NCBI GenBank assembly: GCA_965232515.1
Contig: CBDDPY010000002.1
Coordinates: 2,656,001-2,720,000, forward strand
Direction of reading: 5' to 3'
Origin: Alphaproteobacteria bacterium
Lineage (GTDB): Bacteria > Pseudomonadota > Alphaproteobacteria > GCA-2731375
DNA length: 64,000 nt
Shown here: piece by piece, positions 35,634-46,164 of the stretch
Layout: the number at the start of each line of letters is the position of its first letter
Numbering within the stretch: the stretch's first letter is position 1
The notes under the pieces: model-generated
Seen by the model: only the letters and a program-made list of their open reading frames with translations
Databases searched by the model: none
Told to the model about the DNA's origin: nothing
Translations under genes and position numbers: made by a program

Positions 35634-37337
35634 TCAGGCGACCCATTCGCTGACGGGGGCGCGGGCGTCTTGGAGGGGCTGGCAGATGATGTCGACGAGA
35701 GCCGGGCCGTCGTGGGCGCAGGCGGCGGCGAGCGCGGCATGGAGATCCGCCGGGTCCTCGACGGACCAGGTCTTGACGCCGTAGGCCGCCGCCACACGTG
35801 CGTGGTCGGTGCGGCTGAAGTCGACGGAGAAATAGCGCTCGTTGAAACCGGATTTCTGGCCGGCCTTGATCCAGCCGAAGACGGCGTTCGAGATGACCAC
35901 GAAGGTGATCGGCAGGCCGAGGCGCACCACGGTCTCGAGCTCGCCGCTGGTGAAGCCGAAGCTGCCGTCGCCCATGACCGAGACGGTCTTGACGTCAGGC
36001 CGGCCGAAATGCGCGCCGACGGCGGCCGACAGCGAATAGCCGAGCGCGCCATGGGCGCGGTTCGAGATGAACTGACGGCCCGATTGGCCGAGGCGGTAGT
36101 AGCCGGCGAAATAGGGGCACGGCGTGCCCGGGTCGGCGACGATGACGGCGTCGGCCGGCAGGATCTCGTTCAGCGTGGCGACGACGCGCTCGGGCCGGAT
36201 GGGCGTCGCGTCGCTGGTCGCCAGCTCCTGGAAGGCGGCGAACTTGGCTTCGCGGGCGGCGGCGACGGCGGCCCGGTTCAGCGCATCGCCGGGCGCGCGG
36301 CGCTGGCCGCCGATTTCGGCGTTGAGCGCGGCGAGCGCGAGGCGCGCATCGCCGACGAGCGCCGCATCGGCGGCATAGGTGACGCCGATGACGCCGGGGT
36401 CGACGTCGATGTGAATGACCTTGGCGGCGCCGGGCGCGGGATGGCGCCAGCGCTCGGTCGTCACCGAACCGGCGCGGCAGCCGACGAACAGCACCAGGTC
36501 GGCGGCGTCGACCAGCGCGCGCGTCTCGGGCGTGCCGCCGTTGCTGCCGACGACACCGACGCTCAGGGGATGGTCGTCCGCGAGGCTGCCCTTGCCGCTG
36601 ATCGTGGTGGCGACCGGCATCTCGAGCGCTTCCGCGAGCGCCAGCAGCTCGGCCTCGCCGCCCGCATTGATCACGGCGCCGCCGCAGATGGCGATGGGCT
36701 CGCGCGCGGCAAGCAGCAGTTCGGCCGCAAGCGCCACGTCGTCGGACGCCGGCGCGGTCGGCCAGGCCGGGTAGCGGCCATGCGCCGGCTCGGCCCAGAC
36801 ATCGCTCTCGTCGACGGGCGCGTTCTGCACGTCGAACGGCAGGCCGAGATGCGCCGCGCCGGGCCGGCCCGTGGTCATGGCCTTGAAGGCGGCGCGCAGG
36901 AGCTTGGGCACGTCGGCCGCGCGGTCGATCACCGCGTTCCATTTCGTCAGCGGCGCGAATAGCGCCTTCTGGTCGAGCTCGGTGAGCGTGTACTTGCCGC
37001 GGCTGCCGACGGCGATGTCGGTGGTGATGGCGAGCACCGGATAGGAGGACTCGTTGGCTTCGACCAGGCCCGGCAGGATGTAGGTCGCGCCGCCGCCGCT
37101 CGGGCCCTCGCAGACGCCGACCTTGCCGGTGACGCGGGCATAGCCGTCGGCCATGTAGGCGGCCGAGCGCTCATCACGGCTGAGGATGTGGGTGATGCTG
37201 TGGTCGAGCCGGTGCAGGGCGTCGTAGAACGGCAGGCTGGTGTCGCCGCAGAGGCCGAAAATGTACTTCACGTCATAGCGCTGCAGCATGCGCACGACGG
37301 CCTCGCCGCCGGTGAGCTGGTTGGTCGTCTGGGTCAT
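35634..37337 (-). CDS. Thiamine-pyrophosphate-binding protein (acetolactate synthase large-subunit-like)
   Basis: RDERSAAYMADGYARVTG, GDGSFG..N TPP motif. Confidence 0.92.
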   Translation of the reverse strand: MTQTTNQLTGGEAVVRMLQRYDVKYIFGLCGDTSLPFYDALHRLDHSITHILSRDERSAAYMADGYARVTGKVGVCEGPSGGGATYILPGLVEANESSYPVLAITTDIAVGSRGKYTLTELDQKALFAPLTKWNAVIDRAADVPKLLRAAFKAMTTGRPGAAHLGLPFDVQNAPVDESDVWAEPAHGRYPAWPTAPASDDVALAAELLLAAREPIAICGGAVINAGGEAELLALAEALEMPVATTISGKGSLADDHPLSVGVVGSNGGTPETRALVDAADLVLFVGCRAGSVTTERWRHPAPGAAKVIHIDVDPGVIGVTYAADAALVGDARLALAALNAEIGGQRRAPGDALNRAAVAAAREAKFAAFQELATSDATPIRPERVVATLNEILPADAVIVADPGTPCPYFAGYYRLGQSGRQFISNRAHGALGYSLSAAVGAHFGRPDVKTVSVMGDGSFGFTSGELETVVRLGLPITFVVISNAVFGWIKAGQKSGFNERYFSVDFSRTDHARVAAAYGVKTWSVEDPADLHAALAAACAHDGPALVDIICQPLQDARAPVSEWVA

Positions 37338-37456
37338 CAGGCCGTCTCCTCCCCGCCCCCTGCATAGCATATGCGGCCGCGCGGTCGAGGGTTTGCCGAC
37401 AGCGTTGGAACCGTGCGAGGCTTGCCGCCGCGGGATTGGAAATCGGGAGTTGGCAG

Positions 37457-38923
37457 ATGAGTGAAGCGCCTGCGCGGTGCGATTTGATGTTCAGGGGCGC
37501 TGCGGTCTTCGACGGCAGCGGCGCCGAGGCGGTGACGGCCGACGTGGCCGTCGAGAACGGCCGTATCGCCGCGATCGGCGACCTCGGCGGCAGCGGCGCG
37601 GTGGTCGAGATCGATGCCGCCGGCAAGGCGCTGGCGCCGGGCTTCATCGACGTGCATACGCATGACGACCGCTACCTGCTGGCGCAGCCGGACGTGCCGG
37701 CGAAAGCGAGCCAGGGCGTGACCACGGTGGTGGTCGGCAATTGCGGCATCAGCGTCGCGCCACTGACCCGGCCCGGCCTGCCGCCGCCGCCGTTCGACCT
37801 GCTGGCCGACCGGCCGGAATACTGCTTCGCCAGCGTTGACGACTATTTCAAGCGGCTAGACGATCAGCCGGCGGCGCTGAACTCGCTGACGCTGATCGGC
37901 CATTCGGTGCTGCGCTACAACTGCATGGACGATCTGGACCGGCCGGCGACCGATGCCGAGATCGGCGCCATGCGCGACCTGATGGCGGACGCCATGGAGG
38001 CCGGCGCCATCGGCATGTCGAGCGGCCTGTTCTATCCGCCGGCGAAGGCCGCGCGCACCGAGGAGGTGATGGGCGCGGCGGAGGCGCTGACCGCCGGCGA
38101 CGGCATCTACACGGCGCATATCCGCAATGAGGCCGAAGGCGTCGTCGACTCGATCGAGGAGGCGGCGGCGATCGGCCGGCATGCCGACGTGCAGGTGGTG
38201 ATCTCGCACCACAAGTGCATGGGCACGGCGAACTACGGCCGCACGCGCGAGACGCTGCCGCTGTTCGACCGGCTCAGCGGCGAGCAGCGCATTGGCCTCG
38301 ACGTCTATCCGTATGTGGCCGGCTCGACGGTATTGCTGCCGGAAATGGTCGAGATGGCGGAGAAAACGCTGGTGACCTGGTCGAAGGCGCGGCCGGACTG
38401 CGCCGGGCGCGACCTCGCCGAGGTGGCGGCCGAACTGGGCCTGAGCCCGCTCGAGGCCGCGGCCGAACTGCAGCCGGCGGGCGCCGTCTACTTCACCATG
38501 GACGAGGCCGACGTGCAGCGCATCATCGCCTATCCGCGCAGCATGATCGGCTCGGACGGCCTGCCGAGCGACAGCCATCCGCACCCGCGGCTCTGGGGCA
38601 CGTTCCCGCGCGTGCTGGGGCACTACGCGCGGGAGCTCGGCGTGCTGACCATGGCGGACGCCGTCCATCGCATGACCGGCCTGCCGGCGACGGAGTTCGG
38701 CCTTGGCGATCGCGGCTTCGTGCGGCCGGGCTATCACGCCGATCTGGTGCTGTTCGATCCGGGCAGCGTGCTCGACCGTTCGACCTTCGAGGCGCCGACG
38801 CAGCCGGCGGCGGGCATCGAGCTGGTGCTGGTGAACGGCGAAGCGGTCTGGCGCGACGGCGCCTCCACAGGCGCCCGCCCCGGCCGCGCCATCCGCCGGC
38901 AGGAGACGGCCAGGGGGCGGTAG
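37457..38923 (+). CDS. N-acyl-D-amino-acid deacylase (D-aminoacylase)
   Basis: PGFIDVHTHDD, QGVTTVVVGNCG, HIRNE, ISHHK, GSDG, HPRLWGTFPRVLG. Confidence 0.93.
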   Translation: MSEAPARCDLMFRGAAVFDGSGAEAVTADVAVENGRIAAIGDLGGSGAVVEIDAAGKALAPGFIDVHTHDDRYLLAQPDVPAKASQGVTTVVVGNCGISVAPLTRPGLPPPPFDLLADRPEYCFASVDDYFKRLDDQPAALNSLTLIGHSVLRYNCMDDLDRPATDAEIGAMRDLMADAMEAGAIGMSSGLFYPPAKAARTEEVMGAAEALTAGDGIYTAHIRNEAEGVVDSIEEAAAIGRHADVQVVISHHKCMGTANYGRTRETLPLFDRLSGEQRIGLDVYPYVAGSTVLLPEMVEMAEKTLVTWSKARPDCAGRDLAEVAAELGLSPLEAAAELQPAGAVYFTMDEADVQRIIAYPRSMIGSDGLPSDSHPHPRLWGTFPRVLGHYARELGVLTMADAVHRMTGLPATEFGLGDRGFVRPGYHADLVLFDPGSVLDRSTFEAPTQPAAGIELVLVNGEAVWRDGASTGARPGRAIRRQETARGR

Positions 38924-38963
38924 TCGCGGCCTTTTGGGTTCTATGACGGCGCGGTCCGCGCGC

Positions 38964-39467
38964 TTAAGGCGAGCGGGTGTCGTTGCGGTAGAAGAGGTGG
39001 CGACCGATGGTGACGGTGGCGTCGAAGGCCTTGCCCCAGTCGGGGGCGACGTAGTCGGCGTGGTAGTGGGTGGCGGCCGACGTGAGGTCGCGGAGGCCGC
39101 CCTCGTTGACCAGCTTGGCGAGGTCGACGGCGTCGCGCCAGGCGGTCATGTCGTGTGGGTCATCCGAGCGGCCGTCGCAGGCGAAGGAGAACTGGCAGGC
39201 GTGCCGGCGGTGCGCGTTCTGGAAGACGACGCCGCAGACGTCGTTCGGGTAGCGCCGGTCGGCGACCCGGTTGCGGATCACCTGGGCCACGGCCATGCGG
39301 CCCTCGAACGGCTCGCCGCGGGCCTCGAAATAGATCGCCTGAGCAAGGCAGCGGTCGGCCGCGGCCAGATCCTCGTAGCCCGGCGCCCGCGGAAGCAGGA
39401 CAAGCGTCAGCGCCGCCAGCGGCAGGACGCCAGCGAGACCGAGCAAGATATGGTGGCGGCGCGTCAT
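38964..39467 (-). CDS. Cell wall hydrolase (SleB/Hydrolase_2)
   Basis: CLAQAIYFEARGE, VAQVIRNRV, CQFSF, ATHYHADYVAPDW, IGRHLFY. Confidence 0.92.
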   Translation of the reverse strand: MTRRHHILLGLAGVLPLAALTLVLLPRAPGYEDLAAADRCLAQAIYFEARGEPFEGRMAVAQVIRNRVADRRYPNDVCGVVFQNAHRRHACQFSFACDGRSDDPHDMTAWRDAVDLAKLVNEGGLRDLTSAATHYHADYVAPDWGKAFDATVTIGRHLFYRNDTRSP

Positions 39468-39597
39468 ACCTGCTGAATAGGGGCGGAATACGGCGAAAAT
39501 CGGGCAGGCCCGCCACCCCTCGCCTTGTCGGCCTCCGGAAAACTGGGTAGGTTGCCGAAAAGCACGCAACTCCAGCAAAAACAGGGATTTGAGGCCG

Positions 39598-41226
39598 ATG
39601 AGCGCGAACCCGTACGCCACCGACCTGGACCAGAACGCCGCCAACCACCAGCCGCTGTCGCCGCTCTCCTTCCTGGAGCGCACGGCCGCCGTGTACCCCG
39701 ACCGGATCGCCTGGATTCACGGCGAGACGCAGACCAGCTACCGCGATTTCTACCGGCGCTGCCGGCAGCTCGCGAGCGCGCTGTCGAAGCGCGGCATCGG
39801 CCTCGGCGACACGGTGGCGGTCATGGCGACGAACATCCCGCCGCACCTGGAAGCGCATTACGGCGTGCCGATGACGGGTGGCGTCCTGAACGCCATCAAC
39901 ATCCGGCTGGACGCGGCCACGGTCGCCTTCATCCTGGAGCACGGCGAGGCCAAGATCCTGCTGGTCGACAAGGAATTCGCGCCCGTGGTCAGCGACGCCG
40001 TCAGCCGCATGGACGCCCCGCCGACGATCATCGATATCGACGATCCGCTGGGGCCGGACAACGCGTTGATCGGCGAGAAGGACTATGAAGCCCTGCTGGC
40101 CGAAGGCGATCCGGATTTCGAATGGTCCTGGCCGGCGGACGAATGGCAGGCGATCTCGCTGAACTACACCTCGGGCACCACCGGCAATCCGAAGGGCGTG
40201 GTTTACCATCGTCGCGGCGCGTTTCTGAACGCGGTCAGCAACGCCATGAGCTGGGGCCTGCCGCAGCAGCCGGTCTATCTCTGGACGCTGCCCATGTTCC
40301 ATTGCAACGGCTGGTGCTTTCCCTGGACGGTGACGGCCTACGGCGGCACGCATGTCTGCTTGCGCCGGGTCGAGGCAGGGCCGATCTTCCAGGCCCTGGA
40401 ACGGCATGGCGTGACGCATTTCTGCGGCGCGCCGATCGTCTTGAACATGCTGGCGAACGCGCCGGACGACGTGAAGATCAAGCTCGACCGGCCGGTCAGC
40501 GTCATGACCGCGGGCGCGGCGCCGCCGGCCGCCGTGATCAAGGGCATGGAGGCCATGGGCTTCGGCGTCACCCACGTCTACGGCCTGACCGAGACCTACG
40601 GGCCCGCCGTGGTCTGCGCCTGGCACGCGGAATGGGACGCGCTGCCGGAGGCGGACCGCGCCGCCAAGACCGTGCGCCAGGGCGTGCGCTACCCGATGCT
40701 GGAGGCGCTCGACGTGATGGACCCGGAGAGCATGACGCCGGTCGCGCGCGACGGCGCCACCATGGGCGAGGTCATGTTCCGCGGCAACGTGGTGATGAAG
40801 GGCTATCTGAAGAACCCGACCGCCAGCACGGATGCGTTCGCCGGCGGCTGGTTCCATTCCGGCGATCTCGCCGTCATGCACGCGGACGGCTATATCGAGC
40901 TGAAGGACCGCTCGAAGGACATCATCATCTCGGGCGGCGAGAACATCTCGACGATCGAGGTCGAGGACACGCTCTACCGGCACCCGGCGGTGCTGGAAGC
41001 GGCGGTGGTGGCGAAGCCGCACGAGAAATGGGGCGAGACGCCCTGCGCGGTCGTCACGCTCAAGCCCGACGCCAGGGCAGTCACGGAGAAGGACATCATC
41101 GACTTCTGCCGCGAGAATCTGGCGCACTTCAAGTGCCCGACGGTCGTCCTGTTCGACACCCTGCCGAAGACGTCGACGGGCAAGATCCAGAAATACGTCC
41201 TGCGCGATCGGATCCGCGACGCTTAG
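39598..41226 (+). CDS. Acyl-CoA synthetase (medium-chain / DmdB-like)
   Basis: NYTSGTTGNPKGVVYH, LPMFHCNGW, YGLTE, DIIISGGENIS, LPKTSTGKIQK. Confidence 0.93.
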   Translation: MSANPYATDLDQNAANHQPLSPLSFLERTAAVYPDRIAWIHGETQTSYRDFYRRCRQLASALSKRGIGLGDTVAVMATNIPPHLEAHYGVPMTGGVLNAINIRLDAATVAFILEHGEAKILLVDKEFAPVVSDAVSRMDAPPTIIDIDDPLGPDNALIGEKDYEALLAEGDPDFEWSWPADEWQAISLNYTSGTTGNPKGVVYHRRGAFLNAVSNAMSWGLPQQPVYLWTLPMFHCNGWCFPWTVTAYGGTHVCLRRVEAGPIFQALERHGVTHFCGAPIVLNMLANAPDDVKIKLDRPVSVMTAGAAPPAAVIKGMEAMGFGVTHVYGLTETYGPAVVCAWHAEWDALPEADRAAKTVRQGVRYPMLEALDVMDPESMTPVARDGATMGEVMFRGNVVMKGYLKNPTASTDAFAGGWFHSGDLAVMHADGYIELKDRSKDIIISGGENISTIEVEDTLYRHPAVLEAAVVAKPHEKWGETPCAVVTLKPDARAVTEKDIIDFCRENLAHFKCPTVVLFDTLPKTSTGKIQKYVLRDRIRDA

Positions 41227-41361
41227 CGCACGCCGGGGACACCGGTTTTCCAAAAACCGGCAGCAACTTCTCGGTTGCGCCGCCCGTCAGAGCTGACGTT
41301 AAGGAAATTCGACCGCGCGGTAAGCGGAGAATCCGCCGCGCGGGACCTGATCAGGCCGGCG

Positions 41362-41538
41362 TCAGTGCGCCGGCTCGGGACTTAAGCGAGCGATCTCGTC
41401 TTTGATGCGAAGCTTCTGGCGCTTCAGTGCCTGAATCCTGAGTTCATCGGGATGCGGCCTGAGGTTTTCTTCGACGATTTGCTGTTCGAGATTCTGATGC
41501 TCGGTACGCAATTCTTCGACAGAAACGCCTTCGATCAT
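41362..41538 (-). CDS. YdcH/DUF465 family small coiled-coil protein
   Basis: LRTEHQNLEQQI...PDELRIQALKRQKLRIKDEI; SD GGAGG. Confidence 0.85.
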   Translation of the reverse strand: MIEGVSVEELRTEHQNLEQQIVEENLRPHPDELRIQALKRQKLRIKDEIARLSPEPAH

Positions 41539-41693
41539 ACGCGTCCTCCAATCACATTGATTGTGGTCATAATATAGCCACTTCGGCGCGCGGATGACAG
41601 CCCATCGCAGCAATTGAACAGGAAAGTCCTAGGCCACTTCCGGGCGCTTCTATGGTAGGCTGTGACCATATTCCAAAGATTCGCCGGAGCGCC

Positions 41694-41891
41694 ATGGAGC
41701 GTGAAGAGCTAGAGGCGAAGCTGGTCGCATTGCAGCAGGAGCACCGGGATCTCGACCATGCGATCGATGCCCTGGTGGAACAAGGCACTTACGACCAGCT
41801 GAAGGTGCAGCGTCTGAAAAAGCGAAAGCTTCAGCTGAAGGACCTGATCGCCCGGGTCGAGAGCCAGCTGACGCCCGACATCATCGCCTGA
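41694..41891 (+). CDS. YdcH/DUF465 family small coiled-coil protein
   Basis: EHRDLDHAI...DQLKVQRLKKRKLQLKD...PDIIA. Confidence 0.88.
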   Translation: MEREELEAKLVALQQEHRDLDHAIDALVEQGTYDQLKVQRLKKRKLQLKDLIARVESQLTPDIIA

Positions 41892-42005
41892 GCCCGCGCG
41901 GCGCGCGAATCGCCGGGATGCGAATGCGGGCGATACCGACGCCTCCACGGCGCTTTGGTCAGGAAGCCGTGATCGATTTTCGGGCGAATCACCCCGAATC
42001 GGTTC

Positions 42006-42740
42006 TCAGGATCCGCCCTTGATCGCCGCCTTATGGGCGTACATGGCCTTGTCGGCCGCCGCCATGGCGTCGCCCGCCGTGGTCTCGTCGCCGGCGAATC
42101 CCGCAACGCCATATGCCACCGATACGGTGAAGTGGTCGTCGCCCCACGGCACGGGCACGGCGGCGATATCGGCGGCAAGGGCCGCCGCCTTGACGTTGGC
42201 TGTCTGCTCGTCCGTATGGGTCAGGATCACGCCGAACTCGTCGCCGCCCAGGCGGCCGACCACGTCGGAGCCGCGGACCTGACGCGTCAGCGTGTCGGCG
42301 ACATGCAGCAGCGCCGCATCGCCGGCCGCATGGCCGTGGGTGTCGTTGATCTGCTTGAAGCCGTTGACGTCGAAGTAGATCAGGCTGCTGGCGGTGCCGT
42401 AGCGCTGACCATAGGAAATAATGCGGCTCAACTCGCGGACGAAAGCCCGCCGGTTGGCAACGGGCGCGAGCGTATCCTGATCGGCAAGCTGCTCGAGCTG
42501 GCTCAATCGGGTCTGGGCGCCGGCGAGATCGCGGCGCAAGCGCTCGACCTCCTCCATCAGCGTCATGATCGCCGCGCGCACCTTCGGCGTCAGCTCGGCC
42601 TCGGGCACGCCGAGGATGCTGGCCGAATCGTTGCTGTCGGCGGCCGCGCCGGTTGCCGCCACGGTCGGCTTCCGCGTCGACGTCTTGTCGTCCCGCGTGC
42701 CGGCGACCCCCCGGATTGGCTTGGTTTCTCCGATCTTCAT
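42006..42740 (-). CDS. Diguanylate cyclase (GGDEF)
   Basis: D.L..NRRAF, FKQINDTHGHAAGD, RGSD I-site, RLGGDEF; N-terminal coiled coil. Confidence 0.93.
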   Translation of the reverse strand: MKIGETKPIRGVAGTRDDKTSTRKPTVAATGAAADSNDSASILGVPEAELTPKVRAAIMTLMEEVERLRRDLAGAQTRLSQLEQLADQDTLAPVANRRAFVRELSRIISYGQRYGTASSLIYFDVNGFKQINDTHGHAAGDAALLHVADTLTRQVRGSDVVGRLGGDEFGVILTHTDEQTANVKAAALAADIAAVPVPWGDDHFTVSVAYGVAGFAGDETTAGDAMAAADKAMYAHKAAIKGGS

Positions 42741-42958
42741 CGCTTCGCAATTCTGACGGCGCCGTCGCGCTGACAACACGCGGCATCGCCCCATCGGCGA
42801 CACCGCGCAGGAAACCACCGGCGATTATAGCCCGAATCGTTAACAAACATTGCCAACTTGTGACATCGACTTGCAGAATCGGTTCCGGCAAACCCCGTTG
42901 ACCAGAACGGGTTGCCACCTATACTCGCCGCCTCGTCAACGCCATCGGGACCACGACA

Positions 42959-43456
42959 ATGGCCAATGCGGCCCCCTCGGTCGGTATCATCATGGGCAGC
43001 CAGTCCGACTGGGAAACCATGCGGCACGCGGCCGACGTCCTGACGGAACTCGGGATCGCGAGCGAGACCCGGATCGTCTCGGCGCACCGCACCCCGGAGC
43101 GGCTCTACGAATACGCCGACGGTGCGCGCGACCGGGGCCTGAAGGTGATCATCGCCGGCGCCGGCGGCGCCGCGCACCTGCCCGGCATGACCGCCGCGAT
43201 GACGCCGCTGCCGGTGTTCGGCGTGCCGGTCGAGAGCAAGGCGTTGAAGGGCATGGACAGCCTGTTGTCGATCGTGCAGATGCCGGCCGGCATTCCGGTC
43301 GGCACGCTCGCCATCGGCCGGGCCGGCGCGGTGAACGCGGGCCTGCTGGCGGCCGCGGTGGTCGCGCTCTCCGACCCGGCGGCGGCAACGGCGCTCGACA
43401 ACTGGCGCAAACGCCAGACCGACGCCGTGGCGCTGACCCCCGACGACGACGGCTGA
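42959..43456 (+). CDS. purE: N5-carboxyaminoimidazole ribonucleotide mutase
   Basis: [38 protein letters not shown]. Confidence 0.98.
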   Translation: MANAAPSVGIIMGSQSDWETMRHAADVLTELGIASETRIVSAHRTPERLYEYADGARDRGLKVIIAGAGGAAHLPGMTAAMTPLPVFGVPVESKALKGMDSLLSIVQMPAGIPVGTLAIGRAGAVNAGLLAAAVVALSDPAAATALDNWRKRQTDAVALTPDDDG

Positions 43457-43465
43457 CAAACCGAG

Positions 43466-44542
43466 ATGACGGTCTTCCGGCCCGGCGCGACGATCGGCAT
43501 TCTCGGCGGCGGCCAGCTCGGCCGCATGCTGGCGCTGGCGGCCGCGCCGCTGGGCTATCGCTGCCATATCTTTTCGCCGGACACCGACAGCCCGGCCGCC
43601 CAGGTATCGGCGGCAGCCACCGTCGCCGCCTATGACGATTGGAGGGCGCTCGACACCTTCGCGGAAGCCATCGACGTGGCGACCTACGAGTTCGAGAACG
43701 TGCCGGCCGAAACGGCCGACCGCCTGGCGGCGCATGTGCCCGTGCGGCCCGGCCAAAAGGCGCTGGCGACCGCGCAGGACCGGCTGACGGAAAAGGATTT
43801 CGCCCGCGGCATCGGCGCTGGGACAGCCGACTATATGGGCGTCGCGTCGGCCGCCGAGCTGGCGGTCGCCATTGACCGGATCGGCACGCCGTCGGTGCTG
43901 AAAACGCGCCGGCTGGGCTATGACGGCAAGGGCCAGATCCGGATCGAGGCGATCGCCGATCCGGCCGCGGCCTGGCGGGCAATCGGCGAGGCGCCGTCGA
44001 TCCTGGAGGCGTTCGTCGACTTCCGCATGGAGGTCTCGGTTGTCGCCGCGCGCGGCGTCGACGGCAGCATCCGGTGCTACGACGTGATCGAGAACCGGCA
44101 CGCCAATCACATCCTGGACACCAGCACAATGCCGGCCCGCATTCCGGAGGAGCTGGCAAGGGAGGCGCAGGACCTGGCCGCGACCATGCTGCACGACCTC
44201 GACTATGTGGGCGTCATGGCGGTCGAGCTGTTTGTCACGACCGGCGACCGGCTGCTGGTCAACGAGATCGCGCCGCGGGTACACAATTCCGGCCATCTGA
44301 CGATCGAGGCGACGCCCACGAGCCAGTTCGCCCAGCATATCCGGGCGATCTGCGGACAACCGCTGGGGTCGGTCGAGCGCCTGGCGGCGGCCGAAATGCG
44401 GAATCTGATCGGCGATCAGGTCAACGATTGGCCCGAGATCCTGGCCGAGCCGGGGGCGCATCTGCACCTCTACGGCAAATCCGACATCCGCGCCGGCCGC
44501 AAGATGGGGCACGTCACCCGCCTGAAACCCGAGGATCGCTGA
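43466..44542 (+). CDS. purK: 5-(carboxyamino)imidazole ribonucleotide synthase
   Basis: GILGGGQLGRM, YEFENVP, GYDGKGQ, NEIAPRVHNSGH, RKMGHV. Confidence 0.98.
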   Translation: MTVFRPGATIGILGGGQLGRMLALAAAPLGYRCHIFSPDTDSPAAQVSAAATVAAYDDWRALDTFAEAIDVATYEFENVPAETADRLAAHVPVRPGQKALATAQDRLTEKDFARGIGAGTADYMGVASAAELAVAIDRIGTPSVLKTRRLGYDGKGQIRIEAIADPAAAWRAIGEAPSILEAFVDFRMEVSVVAARGVDGSIRCYDVIENRHANHILDTSTMPARIPEELAREAQDLAATMLHDLDYVGVMAVELFVTTGDRLLVNEIAPRVHNSGHLTIEATPTSQFAQHIRAICGQPLGSVERLAAAEMRNLIGDQVNDWPEILAEPGAHLHLYGKSDIRAGRKMGHVTRLKPEDR

Positions 44543-44548
44543 TCGGGA

Positions 44549-45214
44549 TCAGGCGGTGCGCCGCGTCCCGTGACGCAGGCGGCCGAGCACGGCCCACGGC
44601 GACGGCAGGTCGGGGAAGCGGTCGGTCACCTTCTCGATCCGGCGGCGCACGGTCATGATGCTCATGACCTCCTCGATCCGGCGGTCGAGAAAGTCCCAGC
44701 TGTCGGCGAAATCGTCGGAATCGTCGTTCAGCCAGAACAGCAGCGTCGAGGAATAGACGCCGGCCAGCAGTGCGCGCTTGGTATAGAAGTTGAAATCCGT
44801 CGCGTTGTCGCCGGCGGCGTACCACATGGCATCGACGGTCCGGTAGAGCGATTTCAGTGCCGGGCGGGCGTTTCTCGGCATCGCCTGGACGGCGAGCGCG
44901 CGGCGCACGGCCTCGCGGTGGCTGGCGGCCTGCTCGAGCCGCACCCGCACGGCGGTGGCGATCCGTTCGCGGATCTTCATTGACGGCAGATCGCGGCGCT
45001 CAAGCTCTTCAAGCATCTGCCGGTCGGCCTCGGCGACATAGCAATCGACCGCATCGGCGGCGCCGCCCGGGAACGCGCGGCCCGCCATGTCCTCGTCATA
45101 GCCGGCGGCGACGGCGGCCTTGCGCAGACAGCCGCGCGTCCAGCCGTCAAACGGGACGTTCGGCAGCGCCGCCGTCAGGATCGCGATGCGTTCCGTCGTC
45201 AAGTGCTCGCTCAT
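44549..45214 (-). CDS. COQ9 family ubiquinone biosynthesis protein (rpsU-divergent)
   Basis: VPFDGW, KIRERI, AGDNATDFNFYTKR, FLDRRI. Confidence 0.92.
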   Translation of the reverse strand: MSEHLTTERIAILTAALPNVPFDGWTRGCLRKAAVAAGYDEDMAGRAFPGGAADAVDCYVAEADRQMLEELERRDLPSMKIRERIATAVRVRLEQAASHREAVRRALAVQAMPRNARPALKSLYRTVDAMWYAAGDNATDFNFYTKRALLAGVYSSTLLFWLNDDSDDFADSWDFLDRRIEEVMSIMTVRRRIEKVTDRFPDLPSPWAVLGRLRHGTRRTA

Positions 45215-45792
45215 GCTTCCGCCGCCTCCACCATCTCGTCGTCCTCCGCCACGGCCTGCGCTTCCGCGACGATGTGGCGGAATTCGCTCTCGAAGACCAG
45301 CTTCGACAGGTCGGTCATGCGCTGCGGGTAAAGAATCCCGTCCAGATGATCGCATTCATGCTGAACGACACGGGCGTGGAACCCGTCGACCTCACGCTCG
45401 AGCCGCTCGCCGGTTGGCGTCAGGCCGCTGTAGCGGATCCGGTCGAACCGGGGCACAAGGCCCCGCAGGCCCGGCACCGACAGGCAACCCTCCCAGTCCT
45501 CGACAACGGCGTCGCCCAGCGACACCACCTCGGGGTTGATCAGGATCGTCAGCGGCAGGACCTCGTCGTCCTCGCCCGCCTGCTCGGCCCGCGCCGGCGT
45601 GATCTGGAACATCACCACGCGCAGCGGCACATGGACCTGCGGCGCGGCGATGCCGGCGCCGTTGGCGTCGACCATGGTCTCGTACATGTCCTGGATCAGG
45701 CGGTGCACATCCGCGCCGGTCGGATCGGCAACGGGCTCGGCCGGCCGGCGCAGCACCGGGTGGCCCATTTTCGCGATTTTTAACAAAGCCAT
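45211..45792 (-). CDS. def: Peptide deformylase
   Basis: GAGIAAPQV, EGCLS, QHECDHLDG. Confidence 0.96.
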   Translation of the reverse strand: MALLKIAKMGHPVLRRPAEPVADPTGADVHRLIQDMYETMVDANGAGIAAPQVHVPLRVVMFQITPARAEQAGEDDEVLPLTILINPEVVSLGDAVVEDWEGCLSVPGLRGLVPRFDRIRYSGLTPTGERLEREVDGFHARVVQHECDHLDGILYPQRMTDLSKLVFESEFRHIVAEAQAVAEDDEMVEAAEA

Positions 45793-45954
45793 AAGGCCAA
45801 TATGGTCTGCTGACCAGACGCGGTAAAGGTCATTCGGCAGGCGCCATGCACAGCCCGGCCTTGCGGCTTCAGGCTTCACATATCAGACCCGCTGCGGTAT
45901 AACCCGGCCCCTTGATCATTGTGGCCGAAGTCTAATCGTTTAGGGAGAAAAACC

Positions 45955-46164
45955 CTGGTACACGTCCTCGTCCGCGACAACAATGTCGACCAGGCCCTGC
46001 GCGCGCTGAAGAAGAAGATGCAGCGCGAGGGCGTCTTTCGTGAGATGAAGCTTCGCAACTTCTACGAGAAGCCCTCGGTGAAGCGCGCACGCGAGAAGGC
46101 CGAAGCGGTCCGCCGGGCCCGCAAGCTTGCCCGCAAGCGGGCGCAGCGCGAAGGTCTGCTATAG
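45955..46164 (+). CDS. rpsU: 30S ribosomal protein S21
   Basis: [29 protein letters not shown]...YEKPS; probable CTG start 7 nt after GGAG. Confidence 0.96.
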   Translation: MVHVLVRDNNVDQALRALKKKMQREGVFREMKLRNFYEKPSVKRAREKAEAVRRARKLARKRAQREGLL

